From the NCBI GenBank assembly GCA_031376085.1, contig JANMDA010000227.1:1-54215 (forward strand): a stretch of DNA of 54,215 nt, written 5' to 3'. This DNA is from Chloracidobacterium sp. (GTDB taxonomy: Bacteria > Acidobacteriota > Blastocatellia > Pyrinomonadales > Pyrinomonadaceae). The notes under the pieces are model-generated. The model made no database searches. It saw only the letters and a program-made list of their open reading frames with translations, and was not told the origin of the DNA. Shown here piece after piece: positions 17,200 through 25,031 of the stretch. The translations under genes and the position numbers were made by a program. The first letter of the stretch is position 1. Each line of letters starts with the position of its first letter.

Positions 17200-19077
17200 G
17201 TGCTGTTTCGCGAAGGCGACCCTGTAAATCGAGTCGTTTTTGTTCGAAATGGTTGGATACAGCGTGTAAGCGGCGTCGAATTTAACCCAAAGGCAGCTGA
17301 TATTTTGCTCGAATCAGACGAGTCGGTCGGACTCGATTTTCTCGGGGCCGGCAGCTGCCTCGGCCTCGAATCAATAGAGAAATCAGGCAACTGGAGCTAT
17401 ACGGCCACCGTTCGCTCTCGAAGTGAGGTGCTTGAGATCGCTATTTCAAGGCTTCGTGAAGATACCGGTATGAGCTCTGCGGTCATGCCTTTCTTACGGT
17501 CTTCGTCCGGGGCAGACGATTCAAATACGCCATCGCACCCTTCCGATACACGCGTAATAACCGCTGCCAGCCGTGAGATCGAAACCGGTGTTGTCGACGG
17601 CGTAAATCTGCTGGTAATGGACATGGCCAAGTGCATCCGCTGCGGCAACTGTTCGCTTGCGTGCCACAAGGTTCATGGTAATTCGCGCCTGACCAGACGC
17701 GGTATTCATATCGAACGGCCATTCAAAGCAAACAAACCGGCGATCCAAAGCGTCTTGGTGCCGACGGTTTGCATGCATTGCCAGGATCCGGAATGCCTGA
17801 CCGGCTGTCCGACCGGTGCGATCGCCCGCTTTCCGAACGGCGAGATCGACATCAATCCCACAACCTGCATAGGTTGCGGCGACTGCGCTACGCAATGTCC
17901 GTACAATGCCATTTCTATGATTCCCCGGCCTGATCCCAAAAATGCGAATGGCAAAGGAGTGGTTTCGAATCTCTTTTCGGCGTTCTCGCTCAGCGAAGCA
18001 AAAATGCCCGAGCCTGTCGAGCAAACAGAAAACTTGCTTGCCGTAAAGTGCAATCTTTGTCACGACACGGGAATGAATCCGAAGGGTGCAAAGACCGAAG
18101 CCTACTCGTGCGAAGAAAATTGTCCGACCGGCGCACTTGTTCGTGTAAACCCGCGCGAGTATTTTGACGAGGTAAACCAGGCGATTGGATTCATACAGCG
18201 GACCGAAACTCACGCGATCGGTGTCAATATACATAAATTCGATCTAAAGGCGACTATCTGGCATGTGATCGGTGTTTTTTTTGTTTTGGTACTCGGCGGC
18301 TTAGCTGTGTGGGCTACACGCTTTTTTGCACAAGATATTCCGTTGAGTACCGGCGGTTGGATGACGATGCGGTGGTTAACGGGACTTACTGGTTTGGTGA
18401 GCATCGTTTGGGTGATGGCCTATCCGCTTAGAAAACAGGTCTATCGCCGCCGAGCAGGAGCGTTGAGATATTGGATGCTTTCGCATATCTATCTGGGCGT
18501 TTTGGCTGGCGTTGTATTGTTGGTTCACGGCGGTACAAGCTCAGGCGGTTTATTGACCACGGCTTTGATGATCTCGTTCGATATGGTGATAGCCAGCGGG
18601 CTTTTCGGTGCCGCGTGCTACATCATTGTGCCGCGTTTTATGACTAAGATCGAACGCGAGCCTCTGCTTTTAGAAGACCTCGAAGCCCGCCGCGAAGAGC
18701 TCCGAGCCGAACTTGTTCGTGCAACCGAGCAAACTGCTAATGAAGAGCTTCATGTGTTGATCCAAAGAAAAGTACGTCGCCGTTTCCTCGGGCTGGGTTA
18801 CCTAATCCGGCAGTATTTTAAGAAAGAAGATTTGCCGACAATGCTGGCCGATGCCCGTGAAGAATTTCGCTCGGCGGCAGAAAAGATGAGCCGTTCCGAT
18901 GACGCGCGATTGATGGAAGCGGTCGAAAATGCTGCGACGCTGCGCCGTGTCGATGCACTTTGTTATCTTCACCAGTCACTTAAGTTGTGGGTCGCACCGC
19001 ATGTGCTGTTTACGGCTTTGATGTTAGTGCTTATGTTGATCCATATAGTTCAGGTTGTTTATTTTAATGTTCGATGA
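17200..19077 (+). CDS. cNMP-binding / 4x[4Fe-4S] ferredoxin / putative di-haem-b membrane protein (continuation of 16594-17193)
   Basis: (D)HVLFREGDPVNRVVFVRNG... is a cNMP-binding barrel. Four Cys clusters: CIRCGNCSLAC, CMHCQDPECLTGCP, CIGCGDCATQCP, CNLC...CEENCP. Five predicted TM helices, two of them with His-x13-His (His codons at 18484/18526 and 19000/19042). The only in-frame start after the TAG is GTG 17200. Confidence 0.75.
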   Translation: MLFREGDPVNRVVFVRNGWIQRVSGVEFNPKAADILLESDESVGLDFLGAGSCLGLESIEKSGNWSYTATVRSRSEVLEIAISRLREDTGMSSAVMPFLRSSSGADDSNTPSHPSDTRVITAASREIETGVVDGVNLLVMDMAKCIRCGNCSLACHKVHGNSRLTRRGIHIERPFKANKPAIQSVLVPTVCMHCQDPECLTGCPTGAIARFPNGEIDINPTTCIGCGDCATQCPYNAISMIPRPDPKNANGKGVVSNLFSAFSLSEAKMPEPVEQTENLLAVKCNLCHDTGMNPKGAKTEAYSCEENCPTGALVRVNPREYFDEVNQAIGFIQRTETHAIGVNIHKFDLKATIWHVIGVFFVLVLGGLAVWATRFFAQDIPLSTGGWMTMRWLTGLTGLVSIVWVMAYPLRKQVYRRRAGALRYWMLSHIYLGVLAGVVLLVHGGTSSGGLLTTALMISFDMVIASGLFGAACYIIVPRFMTKIEREPLLLEDLEARREELRAELVRATEQTANEELHVLIQRKVRRRFLGLGYLIRQYFKKEDLPTMLADAREEFRSAAEKMSRSDDARLMEAVENAATLRRVDALCYLHQSLKLWVAPHVLFTALMLVLMLIHIVQVVYFNVR

Positions 19078-20498
19078 GCAAGAAAACAGGAAAATTTACA
19101 GTCTCATATGCCGATCTGCTTCTCCAGACAAGATCGGTCGAGAAAGATGGCATCTATATTGGACGGCTGGAAACCTGTGAGGTCTTTTTAGATCATAAGA
19201 CCGTTTCGCGAATTCATGCGGGCATCAATTTTCAGGACGAAAATTACAATTTAGTAAATCTCTCGACATCAAATGTCCTAACGCTTAACGGCCGCCGTCT
19301 AGCATCGAAACAATCCGATGTCCTGGCCGACGGCGATACTATTCAGATCGGCCCGTTTACTATACTTGTCGCCCGTCTCGGCGATGAATTATTGTTGGTC
19401 GTCGATCAGCAATTTGCAGAGCGGACACCTCAGGGAGTGTTACATTCCCCTCAGGCCGCAAAGCCTTCTGCGGCTGAAGAAGCCGGAGGTGTCTTAGACG
19501 TATTTTGGGAAAAGCGTTCGCGAGACAAGGACGACTGGGGAACACGCCTTCGCCCGACGGAGAAACCAAAACCGGGCAAGGCAATGTTCAATTGGAAGCC
19601 AACGCGCGATCTACGGCCCACATGGCGAGCTGGATTATTTATTTGGGCATTTCTCATAATCGGTGCACTAGGCGTGTATGCGTTTTTTCGCCACCCGGAA
19701 ACCTATGCACCAAAACCTCTTTCAAATCCTCATGCCTCGAAGATCGAGAACAGCGTGATCGCCGCAGCAGCCAACGGAAACTCTTGCACGACATGTCACA
19801 CACTCAATGAAGGGGTCGAAAATTCCTGTATCAAATGTCATTCGGCGTCAGAATTTCACTCGACCAATACAAAGGCACACGAGCAAGCGGGCATAACCTG
19901 CACGATGTGTCACCGCGAACATCAGGGAGCCGATTTTGATATAATAGCGACTGCTATTCAAACATGTTCCGAATGTCATAACGACAAAAACTCAAATACT
20001 TACAAAGGGAAAACTGTTCACACCGCACACGAGGGCTCTTACGGTTACCCGGCGATTGGCGGCATCTGGAAATGGAAAGGTGTTTACCGCGAAGTTGCCG
20101 AAGCGATACCGGAGATCAATCGCAGCGCGACCGGCGACAAAGATGAACAGGCAAAATTGAGCCGTCAGTTTCATACTGTTCACTTATATCGCCTACAGGT
20201 GCCCGAACCATTAAAAGGTGACAAACGCGGTCTTGTAACGTGTTCCACATGTCATGATAGTTTCGGTACGGCTATCGACAGAGTGAAGCCGCGTCAAACC
20301 TGCGCAGCTTGCCATACGACACAGGCAGATGCGGCGAACCGTGACAAGCGTTTTAACGCAGGCGGTGCAAATTGTATTTCCTGCCACGTTCAGCATCCAT
20401 ACAGCACAGGAAGATGGAGCGAATTTCTAACCACGGACGCTTTAGACAGGCGAAAAGAAGCGATCACGAGTAAGATCAACCAACTTAGCGGACAATGA
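19074..20498 (+). CDS. FHA domain - single TM - heptahaem c-type cytochrome fusion
   Basis: N-terminal FHA signature (IGR...VSRIHAGI...LVNLSTSNVLTLNGRRL...GDTIQIG). TM helix AGLFIWAFLIIGALGVYAFF. Seven CXXCH motifs (CTTCH, CIKCH, CTMCH, CSECH, CSTCH, CAACH, CISCH). ATGA overlaps with both neighbouring genes. Confidence 0.85.
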   Translation: MSKKTGKFTVSYADLLLQTRSVEKDGIYIGRLETCEVFLDHKTVSRIHAGINFQDENYNLVNLSTSNVLTLNGRRLASKQSDVLADGDTIQIGPFTILVARLGDELLLVVDQQFAERTPQGVLHSPQAAKPSAAEEAGGVLDVFWEKRSRDKDDWGTRLRPTEKPKPGKAMFNWKPTRDLRPTWRAGLFIWAFLIIGALGVYAFFRHPETYAPKPLSNPHASKIENSVIAAAANGNSCTTCHTLNEGVENSCIKCHSASEFHSTNTKAHEQAGITCTMCHREHQGADFDIIATAIQTCSECHNDKNSNTYKGKTVHTAHEGSYGYPAIGGIWKWKGVYREVAEAIPEINRSATGDKDEQAKLSRQFHTVHLYRLQVPEPLKGDKRGLVTCSTCHDSFGTAIDRVKPRQTCAACHTTQADAANRDKRFNAGGANCISCHVQHPYSTGRWSEFLTTDALDRRKEAITSKINQLSGQ

Positions 20499-22390
20499 AA
20501 TTTTTTCATCTCTTCATTTGCGTTGTGCTCATCGGCTTTTTGATCTGGCTGAACCAGACGTTTGTCCCGGCGGACGTTACTCATTACGGCGGGCTGTCGT
20601 GGATCGGTTGGGCAAGCATTTTGTTTGTCGGTTTCGGCATCGGACTTCTCTTTGTATTTAATGATTCGTCACGCGCCTTTGGTTTCTTTAAAGCTCGCGA
20701 TGAGAAGGCCGCTCCGCCGACAAATATTCGAACGCTCTCGAAAGTGGAGCTTACCGAACTAGGCCTCGACAAATACCGCGGGCCGAGTTATCCGCACCCT
20801 GTGATTTTCCCGGAAAGATGCATCGGCTGTCAGGCTTGTGTCGATGCTTGTCCTCATGACGTGCTTGCGATCGTCGATGGAACTGCTTCGGCGGTTGCTC
20901 CCGACCTTTGCATGGAGGACACTGCCTGTCAGGCGGAATGTCCCGTTAATCCAAAAGCGTGCATTATCATCAACACGGCTAAGGATGTGCGCTCGCTTCC
21001 GACGCCGACGCGCGATGGGTCAACTTTTCAAACCAATGTGCCCGGATGTTTTATCATCGGCGATGTTTCCGGCGTTCCGCTGATCAAGAATGCGGTGAAG
21101 GAGGGTGCAGATGTAATTACCCATATTGTTGATGAACTAAAGCGCGCGCCACAGGAACCTAAGGCGGATTACGATGTAGCGATCATCGGCATCGGCCCGG
21201 GCGGAGCATCCGCAGCGGCCTCGGCTCAAGAGGCCAATCTTCGATATGTCGGTATCGAACAGGATAAGATATTGTCCACCATCGACCTGTATCCGAAAGG
21301 CAAATATATTTTCTTCAAACCAGATACAAAGGACTGGTCGGGAGGCATTCCGGTCACGGGCCTTGGCCTTTCAAAGGCTAAATACGGCGGCGGAGAAAGT
21401 GATGACGATCAGCCGATCTTTGACGCATTGGGACAAGACCTAAACACGATCGTGCATGAACAGGCCTCTGTGCTTCACAGCGAAATGATCACAAAGATCT
21501 CAACGTCACTCCATAAAAAACTTTCGCCAAAGCTGTCTGAAAAGCTTGAGAAGGAGTTGAAGAAACGTATTGCCGGTTATCTGCGTTCAAAAGGCTCGGC
21601 TGACTGGGCGAAGATTTTTCAAACGCAGTTCCTTAACGAACAAAATAATCTGTTACCGGTTTTCCGCTCCGATATAGCCGATCAGCTTCAAACCAAAATT
21701 CCGGGCGATCAGCGCGAGAACATTCTCGACATATGGCTCGGCAGCCTGAATGAGAAAGGAGTAAAGATCAACGAAAATGAAAGCTGCAAAACGGTAAATC
21801 GAGCCGAGGACGGCGATTATTTTGTGATCAATACCGAACGCAGCACTGAAAAATCTCCACAGACATACAAGGCACGACGAGTGATCATTGCCATCGGACT
21901 TCGCGGTGCGCCGAACAAACTTCGGCTGCCAAATGAAGATCTGAAATTTAAGATCGAAGGCCGCGAAGAACAAAAGGTCATCTATGGACTGTCAAATCCT
22001 GATGATTTTTGGGGAAACCGCATAATTGTCGTTGGCGGCGGTAATGTCGCCGTCGAAGCCGCCGTAGATCTGGTCGCCACACGCGACGGAGCTGCGATCA
22101 CTCCGCGAACGCCTGAGACAATGAATAAAGTGACATTGCTGGTTCGCGACTATCTTGCTCCAACGGTTAAGTTTGGAAATAAATTTCAACTTTACCAATG
22201 CGCTGATAACGGCATCATCGACCTGCAGTTCGGTGCAGGCATCAAGGAAATGCGCGAAAATGAAGTCGTGTTGGAAGATGTAAAAACTAAGAAGGAACTG
22301 GAAACGATCCCGAACGATTACATTTTTGCGCTAATCGGCGGCGAGAGGCCGAACAGGTTTTTAGAATCGATAGGTATTACGATCAAGTAG
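20495..22390 (+). CDS. membrane-anchored 4Fe-4S ferredoxin / FAD-NAD(P)-binding oxidoreductase
   Basis: Two N-terminal TM helices. CIGCQACVDACP and CQAECP ferredoxin motifs. GCFIIGDVSGVPLIKNAVKEG (FAD 'GD' motif). YDVAIIGIGPGGASAA (GxGxxG). IIVVGGGNVAVEAAVDL (second dinucleotide fold). Confidence 0.8.
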   Translation: MKFFHLFICVVLIGFLIWLNQTFVPADVTHYGGLSWIGWASILFVGFGIGLLFVFNDSSRAFGFFKARDEKAAPPTNIRTLSKVELTELGLDKYRGPSYPHPVIFPERCIGCQACVDACPHDVLAIVDGTASAVAPDLCMEDTACQAECPVNPKACIIINTAKDVRSLPTPTRDGSTFQTNVPGCFIIGDVSGVPLIKNAVKEGADVITHIVDELKRAPQEPKADYDVAIIGIGPGGASAAASAQEANLRYVGIEQDKILSTIDLYPKGKYIFFKPDTKDWSGGIPVTGLGLSKAKYGGGESDDDQPIFDALGQDLNTIVHEQASVLHSEMITKISTSLHKKLSPKLSEKLEKELKKRIAGYLRSKGSADWAKIFQTQFLNEQNNLLPVFRSDIADQLQTKIPGDQRENILDIWLGSLNEKGVKINENESCKTVNRAEDGDYFVINTERSTEKSPQTYKARRVIIAIGLRGAPNKLRLPNEDLKFKIEGREEQKVIYGLSNPDDFWGNRIIVVGGGNVAVEAAVDLVATRDGAAITPRTPETMNKVTLLVRDYLAPTVKFGNKFQLYQCADNGIIDLQFGAGIKEMRENEVVLEDVKTKKELETIPNDYIFALIGGERPNRFLESIGITIK

Positions 22391-22393
22391 CAG

Positions 22394-23140
22394 ATGAGAA
22401 AAGATAATATTATGTTTGCCATGCTTGGCCTGGTCGCAGGCCTCGCTATCGGATTTATCGGTGCCAACAGCATCAATAGATCAACCTTTGAAAAACAGCC
22501 TGCTTCTATGGCCTCTAGCGGCGAGTCAAACAGCAATCCGGCACTTCCGCCAAATCATCCGCCGCTCAACAATTCGGCCAGTAATTCATCTCAGAGCGAT
22601 CCGCGTCCGGAAGTGATGGTTGCGATCGAAAAGGCAAAAGCACAGCCGCAGAATTACGAAGCTCAAATGACGGCTGCCGATCTCTATTATCAGATACAGC
22701 GTTTTGACGAAGCGGCAAAATTTTATGAGGCGGCGGCAAAATTAAAACCTGCCGACATCGAACCGATGATAAAAGCAGGGAACGCCTTTTTTGATGCTGC
22801 ACAATTGGCCGCTGAGAATGATGACGATAAAGTCGCGACGCCAACGTTTGTGCTTGCGGAAAAATGGTATCAACAAGCTCTTCAAAAAGAGCCAAGGAAT
22901 TTAAGTGTAAGGACAGATCTCGGTTTGACATTTTTCCTTCGGATTCCGCGCGATGTTGATCGGGCGATCAAAGAGTTCAAGACATCGTTAAGCATTGACC
23001 CCAACCATGAGAAAAGCCTACAGAATCTTGCAACTGCTTATAAAGAAAACGGCGATAAAGAAAACTATCAATCAACGATAGAAAAGCTAAAAAAGATAAA
23101 TCCGAACAATCCCCTCTTTACAAAAACCGAGACAAAATAA
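22394..23140 (+). CDS. membrane-anchored TPR-repeat protein
   Basis: N-terminal helix MFAMLGLVAGLAIGFIGA, a low-complexity linker, then TPR-like repeats (AADLYYQIQRFDEAAKFYEAAAKLKPADIE, AEKWYQQALQKEPRN, AIKEFKTSLSIDPNHEKSLQNLATAY). Confidence 0.7.
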   Translation: MRKDNIMFAMLGLVAGLAIGFIGANSINRSTFEKQPASMASSGESNSNPALPPNHPPLNNSASNSSQSDPRPEVMVAIEKAKAQPQNYEAQMTAADLYYQIQRFDEAAKFYEAAAKLKPADIEPMIKAGNAFFDAAQLAAENDDDKVATPTFVLAEKWYQQALQKEPRNLSVRTDLGLTFFLRIPRDVDRAIKEFKTSLSIDPNHEKSLQNLATAYKENGDKENYQSTIEKLKKINPNNPLFTKTETK

Positions 23141-23163
23141 TTCTCATTTCACCGGTCTATTAA

Positions 23164-24930
23164 TTAGCGTGACGGCAGTACATATCTGCCGCCACATTTT
23201 TGCCAGTAACTGTGATAAGTCCAAGCGGGCCCGATGAGGTATTGATAATCGCGAAGGCCGGTTGCATGTATTAATGACGCCAATCTTAAATTTCGTCTAT
23301 TTAAAAGTTCTTTAGGAAAGTCAGCCGCATTTAACAGCTCGGAGGCCTGTCTAATCACACGGCGTTTGCGAGCAGAATGTTCGGCAGATTGATATTTCGC
23401 TGCCCATTGATAATCAAGGCCATCGGAAACCGGAACCGGACAAGACTGATGTCCCGGGTAAACCTGCCACGGAACTGCCGTGACAGCAGGCGGAAAAAGC
23501 GAGAGCCACTTTACATAGAATTTGTGCCTGAGACAAAGGTCTAGTGGGATCGATGCGATCAAGGCAAGAAACGAGCTGTCGAAGAAAGGTAATTGGAATT
23601 CCAGTCGGTGCAGATCAATATTTTCAAAATGGCCGACAAGTTTGCGGTGTTGATCATTGAGAAGAAGATGCAGGTAAAAATTGCGTGCAGGGTCGTGACA
23701 GTTAAAATTACTCAATTCTTCTTTAATGCCTTCTTTGATCGATCGCACAACTTTTTCAGATAACTCGGTTCGAAATATCTTTGGTGAAACGTGAGCTGAT
23801 TCACGCCGTAGGTGTTCATCTATCACTTCGTCGATTCGTCCGGCTCTCATCAGGCCCACAATTTCTTCTGTAAGATGCACATGGCCAAGAGCAACGCTGC
23901 CGCCTTCGCCGCTCCAGACGATGGCCGGACGCTCTGCGGGCGAATCGTTGCGGCTATTAAGCGCTGACCACGCCTCAGACATTAGCGATGAATAATCAGG
24001 CACGAGATCGCCCGCTTTTTTAGGCACTTCTTCGTGAACCGAGCCGATCTCAGCGGCAAATTGCAAACCGAAAGCCTGATCCTGCGTATGCGGCCGGGCA
24101 AAATTGAATGTGTGAACGCGAGCTTTTTTGTCACGCAATGCAGCAACGATACAGCGAGAATCTAGTCCGCCGCTTAAATATGCGGCCGTGGTTTTGTCGT
24201 TTCTTATTCGTCTCGACACCGCACCGTTAAAACGATGGTAGAGTTTTGACAACAGCTCGTCTTCAGTGTCAGACGAAGGTTCTATTTCGTCCCAATGCCA
24301 GTATTTTTGACGAGAAACATCGGTTTCAGTAACGGTGACAACTTCGGAGCCGCACAGCATGTGAATGTCGGCATATGGTGTGCGATCATCGAGCGGATAT
24401 CCGAGTCCAACCATTTGGGTCACGGCGCGAACATCCATTGTTTTTGGAATCTCAGCTATTTCCTCAAGGATTCGAAGGGCACTGGCAAAGATCAGATATT
24501 CATCATTGATCCAAAAATACAGGGGCCGTAAGCCTAATTTGTCTGCTATTAAATCAACAGTTCCGATACCCGGCTGATAATGAACTGCGCTAAAGACACC
24601 GTTCGCTTTTTGTAGAATACTGACATCGCGGCGAGAAAATGCGTCGTGAATTAAATCAACATCTTTTTCACGGCTATGCCGTTTTTCATCGCTGTCAGTG
24701 TCCAGCAATGGTTCACCCGTTACCATCGTGACTGCACTGTCTTGTCCTATGGTGTGGGAAGATTCGCCATAAGCATTGATATCGACCTTAACAAAGAAAC
24801 TTCGCTTGTCCTCAAAGACTATTTTCTCATCGCGCGGATCGCGCGAGATCGTTCTTCGCAGCGTCTCGCACACTGAGGCTGGAGCGCATCTATCTTTTTT
24901 TCGGCTGAAGATGCCGGCGATTAGTGTCAT
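23164..24930 (-). CDS. asparagine synthetase (AsnB) family protein lacking the N-terminal Cys nucleophile
   Basis: PP-loop AYLSGGLDSRCIVAAL and overall AsnB-like length. The N-terminus is MTLIAGIF rather than MCG. Confidence 0.7.
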   Translation of the reverse strand: MTLIAGIFSRKKDRCAPASVCETLRRTISRDPRDEKIVFEDKRSFFVKVDINAYGESSHTIGQDSAVTMVTGEPLLDTDSDEKRHSREKDVDLIHDAFSRRDVSILQKANGVFSAVHYQPGIGTVDLIADKLGLRPLYFWINDEYLIFASALRILEEIAEIPKTMDVRAVTQMVGLGYPLDDRTPYADIHMLCGSEVVTVTETDVSRQKYWHWDEIEPSSDTEDELLSKLYHRFNGAVSRRIRNDKTTAAYLSGGLDSRCIVAALRDKKARVHTFNFARPHTQDQAFGLQFAAEIGSVHEEVPKKAGDLVPDYSSLMSEAWSALNSRNDSPAERPAIVWSGEGGSVALGHVHLTEEIVGLMRAGRIDEVIDEHLRRESAHVSPKIFRTELSEKVVRSIKEGIKEELSNFNCHDPARNFYLHLLLNDQHRKLVGHFENIDLHRLEFQLPFFDSSFLALIASIPLDLCLRHKFYVKWLSLFPPAVTAVPWQVYPGHQSCPVPVSDGLDYQWAAKYQSAEHSARKRRVIRQASELLNAADFPKELLNRRNLRLASLIHATGLRDYQYLIGPAWTYHSYWQKCGGRYVLPSR

Positions 24931-24960
24931 TAGGATTTAACGGTCGTGAAAAACCTTAGT

Positions 24961-24983
24961 AAAAAGGAGCCGCAGAGGCTCCT
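24961..24983 (-). terminator. rho-independent terminator/attenuator downstream of the minus-strand LuxR gene
   Basis: The minus strand reads AGGAGCC-TCTGC-GGCTCCT followed by TTTT. It lies 49 nt after the stop of 25032-25736 and 31 nt before ATG 24930. Confidence 0.5.
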
Positions 24984-25031
24984 GATCGAAATTGGCTTCG
25001 CAATTGAGCCTAAAAATTTTGGACGAACATT

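Noticed and set aside
23164-24930. AsnB-like protein without Cys nucleophile as a lasso-peptide cyclase
   Set aside because: No transglutaminase-like protease, PqqD-like recognition element or short precursor ORF is adjacent. The neighbours are a TPR gene and a LuxR gene.
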